Of a stretch of 64,000 nucleotides of DNA, positions 1-11,133 are shown piece after piece. A program made the position numbers and the translations under genes. The notes beneath the pieces are model-generated. The model was not told the DNA's origin. It worked only from the letters and a program-made list of their open reading frames with translations, and searched no databases. The first letter of the stretch is position 1. Every line of letters begins with the position of its first letter. Location: the sequence record PZ386947.1; one strand, 5' to 3'. Source of the stretch: a phage.

Positions 1-64
1 AAATAAGGAAGGCCTGATTGCCAGCTTAAACATACTCCATCAATATCAGTTAAAATAGTAGGCT

Positions 65-529
65 TCATAGAGAGTCTCTTAATAGGTTTAACACATCAAT
101 AAATTCAGCTTCTGTTAGTATTGTATCATCTTTTGTTAGACCACTAGCCATGCTGTGCTTCAAAACTTTTCCTTTCGAGGCTTGTAATGCATCGCGAAAG
201 CCTCTGTTTTGGATCGCTGCTTCAAAATATGCATTTGTGTATAATTCTTTCCACGCTGGGGAGTATCTTGAAAATGGAACTCCAAGCCAGAAGAGGGTTC
301 CGCGGTCCTGAGCTCTTGCATAAGACCTTCCAGCTTGTTGGGCGGCAAGCCCGGATAACCCAAATATACGACGTTGTTGTTCAACATTTTTCACCTTGCA
401 TCCTTGGAGGAATCCTTCAAGACCTCCAAATTGAATACCATCCATAACGAAAGGCCAATGGGCGAAATTACTTAATGCACATGATGGCCATCTAAAATTG
501 CTTCTAATCTCTAACTCAGACATTTTCAA
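65..529 (-). CDS. NADAR (YbiA-like) domain protein, likely ADP-ribose processing
   Basis: 154 aa; motifs LSNFAHWPF..DG..F and SGLAAQQAGR and C-terminal helix align by eye with E. coli YbiA/NADAR family; position matches the T4 gene 30.x cluster. Confidence 0.6.
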   Translation of the reverse strand: MKMSELEIRSNFRWPSCALSNFAHWPFVMDGIQFGGLEGFLQGCKVKNVEQQRRIFGLSGLAAQQAGRSYARAQDRGTLFWLGVPFSRYSPAWKELYTNAYFEAAIQNRGFRDALQASKGKVLKHSMASGLTKDDTILTEAEFIDVLNLLRDSL

Positions 530-722
530 TGCTTATAATTTCAACATCAGCCCAATGACCATAGTTTGGTAGACGAAATTCAACTGGCCAGTCACTGCCT
601 TTTTCTAATATAATAGACTTAACTTGTGGTTCTTCGTGTTCATCAGTATACGGATTTTTATCTGTTACTTTATATGTGACCTTAATGTACTGAATTCCAA
701 AAATCTTATTAATTATATTCAT
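516..722 (-). CDS. hypothetical early protein (gene 30.x cluster)
   Basis: 68 aa ORF packed head-to-tail with neighbours. Confidence 0.35.
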   Translation of the reverse strand: MNIINKIFGIQYIKVTYKVTDKNPYTDEHEEPQVKSIILEKGSDWPVEFRLPNYGHWADVEIISIENV

Positions 723-916
723 ACTATTTCCTTTAATCCGTAGATAGGAGATAATTCATCGCCCATACGAAGGTCTTCATTCCCATCTACCCAAAAAACA
801 ATATAAGCCTCTTTTATTTGAACACCACTCCATTTAAATGGAGGTAGAACCTTAGAAATTAATCCAGGTATACCAACTCCCTTTAATTCAACAGTTTGAC
901 CTAAAAAGAATTTCAT
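719..916 (-). CDS. hypothetical early protein
   Basis: 65 aa ORF, 4-nt overlap with upstream ORF. Confidence 0.35.
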   Translation of the reverse strand: MKFFLGQTVELKGVGIPGLISKVLPPFKWSGVQIKEAYIVFWVDGNEDLRMGDELSPIYGLKEIV

Positions 917-1203
917 CAGAACCTCATCTGAAAGCCGTGTGATTTAACATTACCGCCGCCAATATCAGAAATATTAATTTCACGCGCAATTGAAGGGTCA
1001 ATGTCAATTTCACGATTAAGTTTAGCGATAGCTAAAGTATCACGCCCATTTACTGTACGGAATTCTAAAGGACAAACCACATCAACGTAATTTTTAATCG
1101 ATTCACTGGTAGGTTGCAAATGAGCAGGAAGGTCTTTAGGCGCCTTAGAAAAAACCACTTCACAAAAATTTTTGCGGGTATCAAAATAAGTAGTCATAAA
1201 CAT
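916..1203 (-). CDS. hypothetical early protein
   Basis: Track ORF 916..1254 trimmed to ATG at 1203 (MFMTTYFDT...) preceded by GAGGA Shine-Dalgarno; GC hairpin 1222-1239 just upstream. Confidence 0.35.
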   Translation of the reverse strand: MFMTTYFDTRKNFCEVVFSKAPKDLPAHLQPTSESIKNYVDVVCPLEFRTVNGRDTLAIAKLNREIDIDPSIAREINISDIGGGNVKSHGFQMRF

Positions 1204-1243
1204 AATATTTTCCTCAGTAAGGGGCCGAAGCCCCTGTTTTATT

Positions 1244-1609
1244 TTAAATATCAAATTCGTTAAGAACTACATCAAAGATTGCTTCAAGATGTTCAGGTTT
1301 AGCTCTGTTACTCAGAATATGACGAATCCAAGTTTTAACCAGAAGCTTACGATTGACGCCATTCCAGCAAGGATGAGTCCCTAAATCACGTTGACGAAAA
1401 TCATCATCTAATGCGATTTTAAAAGAAGAACCTTCTTTCGTGATTGAAACCGTGATGCCATTTTCAAATCGCATATAAACGTAGTTAGGAGTCATATACT
1501 GTTCAATTTCGCATACTGATCCATTTTGATGTTTCCAAAGGCAGATAGTATCAATAGAACCTGCAATACCGTTAGAAACATATTTACGTTCAAAGTTGAT
1601 GTAGTTCAT
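1244..1609 (-). CDS. hypothetical early protein
   Basis: 121 aa ORF in minus-strand operon. Confidence 0.4.
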   Translation of the reverse strand: MNYINFERKYVSNGIAGSIDTICLWKHQNGSVCEIEQYMTPNYVYMRFENGITVSITKEGSSFKIALDDDFRQRDLGTHPCWNGVNRKLLVKTWIRHILSNRAKPEHLEAIFDVVLNEFDI

Positions 1610-1677
1610 TTTTATTCTCCGAGATGTTTAATTGCGGTACAGATATATAATATCATATCCTGTACCAAAGTAAACAA

Positions 1678-2010
1678 TTATTTTACTACTTTCCAATGCT
1701 TCATGTCAAGTTTACCAACTTTTTTCATCTTCTCAATTAAGCGTTCGGCACGTTGGCGAGCTGTAACATAATACCATTCACCTAATTCATTTTGTTCAAT
1801 TTTTCCAACGATTACTGTATTCAATTCATAAATCCAACCAGTAAAGAAATTATGAACTTGGATTGTAAAGGTGAAATCTGTTCCCATACCTTCTGTTGTT
1901 TCTACTTCAATAATATCACCTTCAACTGCCATTAAGAACCACATAGTTTCATCATATTTACCATTGAAGCATTTAGTTTTAACTGTAGCGTTCAGATTAA
2001 TCGTTTTCAT
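1678..2010 (-). CDS. hypothetical early protein
   Basis: 110 aa ORF in minus-strand operon. Confidence 0.4.
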   Translation of the reverse strand: MKTINLNATVKTKCFNGKYDETMWFLMAVEGDIIEVETTEGMGTDFTFTIQVHNFFTGWIYELNTVIVGKIEQNELGEWYYVTARQRAERLIEKMKKVGKLDMKHWKVVK

Positions 2011-2091
2011 TTTATTCTCCTTTGTTTGTGTAAGATAATACTATCACAAAGGAACCGTACTGTAAACAACTTTGTGCAATCTTTGGAAAAT

Positions 2092-2117
2092 AAAAAAAGG
2101 ACTCCCGAAGGAGTCCT
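2092..2117 (-). terminator. intrinsic terminator or RNA-stabilising hairpin
   Basis: Stem AGGACTCC / GGAGTCCT with CGAA loop, U-run on the minus strand; identical hairpin recurs at 54945-54964. Confidence 0.5.
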
Positions 2118-2121
2118 CAAC

Positions 2122-2298
2122 TTATGCTTTCTGCTTACCAAAACGAGAAGCATCATCTCGAAGAACCGCACGTGCTCGACGCATGATCTTCTCAACAGTT
2201 TGATTAATACGAGAGTTCGACCCACGCTTGTAGCCAGCGCGTTTAGAATCACCAACTTTCTTTTCAACTGCTTTCTTTGCTTTAGCTTGTTTTGCCAT
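2122..2298 (-). CDS. small basic protein (gene 30.9-like)
   Basis: Track ORF trimmed to ATG at 2298 (MAKQAKAKKAVEKK...); 58 aa, lysine/arginine rich. Confidence 0.4.
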   Translation of the reverse strand: MAKQAKAKKAVEKKVGDSKRAGYKRGSNSRINQTVEKIMRRARAVLRDDASRFGKQKA

Positions 2299-2417
2299 TA
2301 TAAATTCTCTTTTAAATGAAAATGCAGGACTTATTGGCATTGCCTGCGCAAGCCCTCAAGGGGTACTTAGGTTTTGAATATTTACCGACAGGATAACCAT
2401 AAACCTCGTCAACATAA

Positions 2418-2666
2418 TTACTTCAGTGTTACCACAAAGTGACGAACTGCTTTTCGTGCAGCAGAAGCCAAAGGCTTAGCATATTTAAGCTCATCTTTTT
2501 CCTGGAGCTCAGCGGCTAATGCAGTTTGAGCAGGATTCAGATGTTTGAAATAACGCAGGATTTCAAGAGCTTCGGCTTCAACATCAATAGATGCGCCATA
2601 GTTTTCGTGACCATTATTCCATGCGTTTCGTTGCAGTTCAAGAGCGTGTTGTAATTGTTTAATCAT
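2418..2666 (-). CDS. rIII: rIII lysis-inhibition accessory protein
   Basis: 82 aa, same length as T4 rIII and same position next to gene 31. Confidence 0.6.
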   Translation of the reverse strand: MIKQLQHALELQRNAWNNGHENYGASIDVEAEALEILRYFKHLNPAQTALAAELQEKDELKYAKPLASAARKAVRHFVVTLK

Positions 2667-2813
2667 TTAAAAATTCTCGTTAGAGATTAAAACTCGGTAG
2701 TCACGTTCTTCTGAATTTCATCTTCTTTCGACAGATCTCTCAGTTGTAGACTACCACATAGAATTGTTCGGTTAACTTATTATTCCGACACCCAATTCAT
2801 ATTATTATTTATA

Positions 2814-3149
2814 TCACTTATAAAGACACGGAATAGCTTTATAGTGACAGGTAACGAATTTTTGTTTAATTTCTTTTGGCTGCTTAAGACCCAGAGCTAC
2901 AAAAGGATGCGGAACATTTCGAATTTGACCAACTGGAAGAGAAGTCAAATCACCAACTTCGCAGAAACCTTCAGGAACATCAGGACCGACAGAGTGAACT
3001 ACACACAGTTCAGGAACTTCACCTTGAACACGTTTACCGATAATAAGTCCTGATTCTGTGACTTCTTCATCACCTGCTTGTGCAGGTTCAGAAACTAAAA
3101 TAACATATTCACCGACAGCACGAATTGGTAGCTGTTGTACTTCAGACAT
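2814..3149 (-). CDS. 31: gp31 co-chaperonin (GroES analogue)
   Basis: 111 aa; sequence [24 protein letters not shown]... recognised as T4 gp31; length matches. Confidence 0.85.
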
Positions 3150-3205
3150 TGTTTTTCCTTTTTGTTAACAGATGAATTAATAATAACAAATAATTCTTAA
3201 AGCAT

Positions 3206-3514
3206 TTATTTACCAATAAATTGGAGTAAATGCTCAACTTTCATACCATTAACAGAAATCAATTTGTCAATAGAAAAACCTCGCCATGCACCAAGTTCAA
3301 CATCAAATACTGGAATCATGTCAGTAGATTCTTTCCAAGTAGATTCAGTCAATTTGCCGGTTTGCATGGTTGGCATAAAGTCCGCATCACGAGTACCTTT
3401 CATAATACGAATAGTACCATCAGACTTTTCAAAAACTACGTTTGAAACACCCATGGACAATTTAGTTTTCAAAATTTCACGAATTGCTACTTTCTGCTCA
3501 GTTGTCAGTTTCAT
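3206..3514 (-). CDS. hypothetical protein (31.x)
   Basis: 102 aa ORF between cd cluster and gene 31. Confidence 0.4.
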   Translation of the reverse strand: MKLTTEQKVAIREILKTKLSMGVSNVVFEKSDGTIRIMKGTRDADFMPTMQTGKLTESTWKESTDMIPVFDVELGAWRGFSIDKLISVNGMKVEHLLQFIGK

Positions 3515-3754
3515 TTATTTACCTATCACAGTTTTAATATGAGTTGTTCCACGTTCTTTAAGGGTGGAAAGTAATTTTTGGCATTTTTCTAAATCAGATT
3601 TCCAACTATATGGTCTATCAATACTAGTCCAATCAGTTTTATAATACTGTTTCCATTTAGAGAAAAAATATTTCTTATACTCTACAGCAAATGAGATGTT
3701 CTCATTAGAATAAGAACTAATTGCTGTGAGCTTTACCAAACGAAATTTCATCAT
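3515..3754 (-). CDS. hypothetical protein (31.x)
   Basis: 79 aa ORF, 4-nt overlap with cd. Confidence 0.35.
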   Translation of the reverse strand: MMKFRLVKLTAISSYSNENISFAVEYKKYFFSKWKQYYKTDWTSIDRPYSWKSDLEKCQKLLSTLKERGTTHIKTVIGK

Positions 3755-4332
3755 TCACCACAGAATTCGTTGATATTTTCCCAGTTTAACTTATTTAAGT
3801 TTTTCTTAGGAACATTAAACACTTCAATACCTGCATTTCGCAGAATATCATCCCAGCCAGGTTTATTTTTATCGTATGTTTCACAATAAACCAGCTTTTT
3901 AATTCCAGATTGAGCTATTGCTTTTGCACAATCTGGGCAAGGAGAAAGTGTTACATACATAGTAGCACCTTCAATAGAAGAACCATTTCGTGCAGCAAAC
4001 AAAATTGCATTTAGCTCAGCATGAATTTCATTTTTAGACGACCATTCAGAGTGAGCGCTGCGGTGTTCTTTCGCCAAGACAAAGCGATCAGTTGAACCAA
4101 ATGATACGCATTCAGGCTTATGGCCTTGGATGATAGTATGTTTAGGTTTATTCAGCAACCAACCTTGCTCAGCGGCATAATCACAACAGTTCACACCTCC
4201 TGCGGGTGAACCATTATACCCAGTAGAAATAATACGTCCATTCTTTTCAATTACTGCTCCTACCTTCCAGGAGCAGCATTTTGATTCTTGTGATACTAAA
4301 TATGCAATTTGAAGTACTGTACTCGCTTTCAT
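3751..4332 (-). CDS. cd: dCMP deaminase
   Basis: 193 aa; zinc-binding deaminase motifs HAELNAI and PCPDCA; length equals T4 Cd. Confidence 0.85.
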   Translation of the reverse strand: MKASTVLQIAYLVSQESKCCSWKVGAVIEKNGRIISTGYNGSPAGGVNCCDYAAEQGWLLNKPKHTIIQGHKPECVSFGSTDRFVLAKEHRSAHSEWSSKNEIHAELNAILFAARNGSSIEGATMYVTLSPCPDCAKAIAQSGIKKLVYCETYDKNKPGWDDILRNAGIEVFNVPKKNLNKLNWENINEFCGE

Positions 4333-4667
4333 TTCATAATCACCAGATAAGCAGATTTAGCAGTTTCAACACGATAAATTTCGTGACGAAGTTTAGTTAT
4401 ACTTTTAATAACAGAACTAATTATATTCTGCCCATCTTTAAAGCGGTTTTTCTTATCAATAAAAATTGCGCCAACCATCTTTTTGTGAAGCTCAACTGGA
4501 TACTTCGTCACAATAATAGCATCATACACAGAAGGATGAATACTATTCACTAGAGTATCATTCATTAAAGTTATTCTAATGAACTGTGCTGTTTCAGAAT
4601 CAAGCGCTCTATGATCGCCAGTATCATTTTCAAGACAATTATCAATTATATCAGTTAAATTCATCAT
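4329..4667 (-). CDS. hypothetical protein (cd.x)
   Basis: 112 aa ORF, overlapping start/stop with neighbours. Confidence 0.4.
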   Translation of the reverse strand: MMNLTDIIDNCLENDTGDHRALDSETAQFIRITLMNDTLVNSIHPSVYDAIIVTKYPVELHKKMVGAIFIDKKNRFKDGQNIISSVIKSITKLRHEIYRVETAKSAYLVIMK

Positions 4668-4900
4668 AGTACGCCATACACCCTTTGTGCTTCAACTAAT
4701 CCATCAAAATCCAGTTTAAGATGCGATATTTGATCGCCATCACCTGGATTCACAATTACTAATACCGAACGAGGAGTTTCGGTAATAACACGAACCGATG
4801 TTTCAGGAAATCGTTCAGAAACCTTATTTACCAATTCCTGTGCAAATAGTTTAACTTTTTCTTGGAATTCTTTAACAGTAATTGGTTTTTCACTTAGCAT
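4664..4900 (-). CDS. hypothetical protein (cd.x)
   Basis: 78 aa ORF. Confidence 0.4.
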   Translation of the reverse strand: MLSEKPITVKEFQEKVKLFAQELVNKVSERFPETSVRVITETPRSVLVIVNPGDGDQISHLKLDFDGLVEAQRVYGVL

Positions 4901-4962
4901 TTTGTTTTCCTCATTTGTTTTGGTAGAGCTATAATATCACAACTCTACCGTAAAGTAAACTG

Positions 4963-5238
4963 TTAAATTGCTTTGAATTCTGATGTCTGTGATTCAAAGC
5001 GAATATCGCCTTTGATGACTAGCTCAGCATCAAGACCAAATACGACAATGATATGCGCAGAACCTGGATACAGCGTAATGGCAATAGAATCCACTTGGTC
5101 TGGAAGCAAAGTGTTCAATACATGAGTCACTTGAGCATGAATTCGAAGCTCGGCTGCGTTATCAAGCTTTTCAAACATATTATTAGCGATAATTTGGCTA
5201 AAAACTACTTCTACGATTTTAGAATAAGTCGGAAACAT
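4963..5238 (-). CDS. hypothetical protein (cd.x)
   Basis: 91 aa ORF. Confidence 0.35.
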   Translation of the reverse strand: MFPTYSKIVEVVFSQIIANNMFEKLDNAAELRIHAQVTHVLNTLLPDQVDSIAITLYPGSAHIIVVFGLDAELVIKGDIRFESQTSEFKAI

Positions 5239-5240
5239 AT

Positions 5241-5433
5241 TTACCTCACATAATTTTCTTCAAGCCAATCAATAACATCCAACGCATTATCAAAAGTTGA
5301 ACCATCTACTTTGTCTTCTGTTTCATAATCAAGAACATCTAAGCCTACTCTTCCATCAACAATAGGCCATAAACAAAATAGATATTTCTTTTCTTTTTCA
5401 ATTTTATCACAAAGTCGATAAATCTTTTCTATG

Positions 5434-5441
<8 letters not shown>
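5241..5441 (-). CDS. hypothetical protein (cd.x)
   Basis: 66 aa ORF. Confidence 0.35.
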
Positions 5442-6856
<1,415 letters not shown>

Positions 6857-6859
6857 TTA

Positions 6860-7090
6860 TTATTTCTCAACCAATGATTGAATATAATCATGTAGGTCTT
6901 TAGATGCTTTACCCCACTTATTTTGGTATTCATTTTTAAGATTAGCACGTGATTGAGCTAATAAAACATCATTAGTTGGAGGTAAAGATTCTAACCGCTG
7001 AATCTGGCGTCCGTAAATCATTGCAGCTATCTCGGATTCATAAATCAATCCTTTGAGATGTTCAAATTGATGCCATGAAATCATTTGCAT
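6860..7090 (-). CDS. hypothetical protein (pseT.x)
   Basis: 76 aa ORF. Confidence 0.35.
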   Translation of the reverse strand: MQMISWHQFEHLKGLIYESEIAAMIYGRQIQRLESLPPTNDVLLAQSRANLKNEYQNKWGKASKDLHDYIQSLVEK

Positions 7091-7380
7091 TTATCCTCTT
7101 TTAACTCTTGACGATAATAACATATCATAGTTTTCTGATCATGTACATATCGTTTTACATCATTGAGCCAAATACGAAATTCCTGGGAATCTTCGAATGG
7201 CATACCGACCCAAGCTTTACCATCAATAACTTTAACTTGCCAAAATAGTTTAGCTTCATCGTATGACTTTATCTGTACAGGCCAATTAGGATGAACTGTT
7301 TCTTTCTTTACTTCTAGAGGCTTTGTCGAACAACCAGCTAGAAGACCGATAGATAATATTACTGCTGATAGTCTAATCAT
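7081..7380 (-). CDS. outer-membrane spanin (Rz1-like lipoprotein)
   Basis: 99 aa; signal peptide with lipobox LLAGC; 4-nt overlap with upstream TM/coiled-coil ORF; corresponds to T4 pseT.2. Confidence 0.65.
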   Translation of the reverse strand: MIRLSAVILSIGLLAGCSTKPLEVKKETVHPNWPVQIKSYDEAKLFWQVKVIDGKAWVGMPFEDSQEFRIWLNDVKRYVHDQKTMICYYRQELKEDKCK

Positions 7381-7730
7381 TTAGAAAGGTCCTGGATGTC
7401 TTCTGCGAACTTGTTGAAGGAGTTGTTGATTTGTTTTTCAACCAATCCTGGCTTACGAGCCACCACATCCGCCTTCTTTGCATCTTTGCGCAGTTTTTCA
7501 TTTTCACGCTCAATAGCAGCAATCGCCTCACGATTTTTATTATTCATCGCATCAATATAATTATACTGAATTCGCAAATTATTTAATGCTAAGGCGTTTT
7601 CATTGGCCGTTTTTGTAATTTCTACAACAGACGTTTCTAATCTTTCAATTTTATTTTTTAAAATTAAAGAAGTTCCGCCTAATGCAATTACAATTAATAG
7701 CAAACCTGCTGTCGTATTACTTAATTGCAT
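7377..7730 (-). CDS. inner-membrane spanin (Rz-like)
   Basis: 117 aa; N-terminal TM helix (LLLIVIALGGTSLIL) then charged coiled-coil; corresponds to T4 pseT.3. Confidence 0.65.
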   Translation of the reverse strand: MQLSNTTAGLLLIVIALGGTSLILKNKIERLETSVVEITKTANENALALNNLRIQYNYIDAMNNKNREAIAAIERENEKLRKDAKKADVVARKPGLVEKQINNSFNKFAEDIQDLSK

Positions 7731-8227
7731 AAAGTTTTAATAACCTCTATAATATCGTCTTGAGAAAGACCGTTAATTAAAATATGATGTTCAGCCGGAG
7801 ATTTAGAAATTTTAAAGCATGCCTCAACATCTTCTGCCATATCCGATGCACTACGATTTGGATTACTAATACCAAGGCGGTGTTTTCCCGTTAAAGGATT
7901 AACGATGATATAGCATTTACAGTTGTTAATATGAACATTAGGTTGAGTCTGATTAATGAACACATCGCAATCATATTTCGCAAGCTGATTTTCTAAAAAG
8001 ACTTTCATCTCTTCAACCGCATCAGGAAGCATATCACGGGCTTGCTCAAGACGACGATTTCGATATTCTTTAATGGTCGTTTTCCGCTTGACTTGCTTAG
8101 CTAAATCTTTCTTAAGATCGGTGATATATCCAACTCGACGATTTCCTTTAAATACAGAAATCCCATCTGTAGTATCACCGTATGCTTCAACGACCATTTC
8201 AGTAGTAATAAGCTGCAAATCCATCAT
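7721..8227 (-). CDS. alc: Alc, blocks host transcription on cytosine-containing DNA
   Basis: 168 aa (T4 Alc is 167); position between pseT cluster and rnlA. Confidence 0.7.
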   Translation of the reverse strand: MMDLQLITTEMVVEAYGDTTDGISVFKGNRRVGYITDLKKDLAKQVKRKTTIKEYRNRRLEQARDMLPDAVEEMKVFLENQLAKYDCDVFINQTQPNVHINNCKCYIIVNPLTGKHRLGISNPNRSASDMAEDVEACFKISKSPAEHHILINGLSQDDIIEVIKTLCN

Positions 8228-8255
8228 AAAGTCCTCATGTTATGTCAGTAAGACT

Positions 8256-8285
8256 ACTATAACACAACACGAGGGACTTGTAAAC
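8256..8285 (-). promoter_or_regulatory. early sigma70-type promoter upstream of alc
   Basis: Minus strand GTTTAC (8285-8280), about 18-nt spacer, TATAGT-like -10. Confidence 0.45.
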
Positions 8286-8288
8286 AGC

Positions 8289-9876
<1,588 letters not shown>

Positions 9877-9904
9877 AATAAAATGGGCCTTGCGGCCCAC
9901 TCCT
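9877..9904 (-). promoter_or_regulatory. structured translation-initiation region of denA
   Basis: AAGGAG immediately after nrdB stop, then hairpin GGGCC-GCAA-GGCCC, then AUUUUAUU AUG; hairpin sits between Shine-Dalgarno and start codon. Confidence 0.45.
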
Positions 9905-11082
9905 TAAAAGTATTTTTTAAAACTCATCATAACTTTATCATCAACATCATTATCAATCTGTGCAACAAGATAAGATGACAGTTCTACTTCTTGTGGCGCT
10001 GATTGAACATTATCAGAATTAAGATATTCACGAATCCAAGGATATGGATGTTTAACCGGAGCATCGGTAATTGGGCATGGAAGACCACACTGTTTCATAC
10101 GAGATACAGTTAAGTAATCAATAAAGCTCCACATGCTATTTGTATTTAATCCAGGAACATCGCCATCTTTAAATAAATGAACTGCCCAATCTTTTTCTTG
10201 GCGGTTAACTTCCATGAAAATATCAACTGCTTCTTGTTCACACTCTTTGGCAATTTTAACCCATTCATCACCATCAGTGCCAAGTTGAAGTTGACGAATA
10301 ATATATTGTGTACCTTTAAGATGAAGCTGCTCATCACGTGCAATGAACTTCATAATCTTGGCATTACCTTCCATGATTTCCATATTCTTGTGGAAGTTAA
10401 AGGTACATGCAAAAGATACATAAAAACGAATAGCTTCCAATGCGTTGATTACGTGCAGGCAGAGGTAAAGAGAGCGCATTAGTTCACGTTTCCAATACAT
10501 TTCATGCTCTATGGCATCTTCAATAACGTCTTCGTCTGCATTAATTTCTTTTTGGTATTCGATATCAGCTTTAGCGTTTTCCCAATAACGAGTTTTAATC
10601 AGAACATCATCATAATAACGTCCAATGGATTCAGCACGTTTCATAATAGCTTCATCTAATACAATTTCATCAAATACTTTCGATGGATCAGTATAAAGAT
10701 TTCGCATGATATGTGTATATGAACGGCTGTGAATAGTTTCACTAAAAGTCCACGTAGCAACCCATGTATCAAGGCTTGGGTCTGAAATTAATGACATAAG
10801 TACAGCAGACGGCGCACGACCCTGAATGCTATCCAAAAGTGATTGATACTTCAGGTTATTAGTAAAAATATTTTGCTGATACTGAGGAAGCTTATTAAAT
10901 TGCGCAGCATCCATCATTAAGTTTACTTCTTCAGGACGCCAGAAAAATGACAACTGCTTTTCGGTTAAATCTTCAAAAACTTTATGACGTTGAATATCAT
11001 AACGCGCAATACCAAGACCTGAACCAAAAAACATAGGTTCTTTTAAAACATCAACTGGATTTGTATTAAAAACTGTGCTCAT
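9904..11082 (-). CDS. nrdB: ribonucleotide reductase small subunit
   Basis: 392 aa, continuous ORF with no intron interruption; length close to T4 NrdB; adjacent to nrdA. Confidence 0.9.
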   Translation of the reverse strand: MSTVFNTNPVDVLKEPMFFGSGLGIARYDIQRHKVFEDLTEKQLSFFWRPEEVNLMMDAAQFNKLPQYQQNIFTNNLKYQSLLDSIQGRAPSAVLMSLISDPSLDTWVATWTFSETIHSRSYTHIMRNLYTDPSKVFDEIVLDEAIMKRAESIGRYYDDVLIKTRYWENAKADIEYQKEINADEDVIEDAIEHEMYWKRELMRSLYLCLHVINALEAIRFYVSFACTFNFHKNMEIMEGNAKIMKFIARDEQLHLKGTQYIIRQLQLGTDGDEWVKIAKECEQEAVDIFMEVNRQEKDWAVHLFKDGDVPGLNTNSMWSFIDYLTVSRMKQCGLPCPITDAPVKHPYPWIREYLNSDNVQSAPQEVELSSYLVAQIDNDVDDKVMMSFKKYF

Positions 11083-11133
11083 AAATTTTCCACTTAGTTA
11101 ATAGATAGTGACTCGTCCATGAGTCAAATTATA

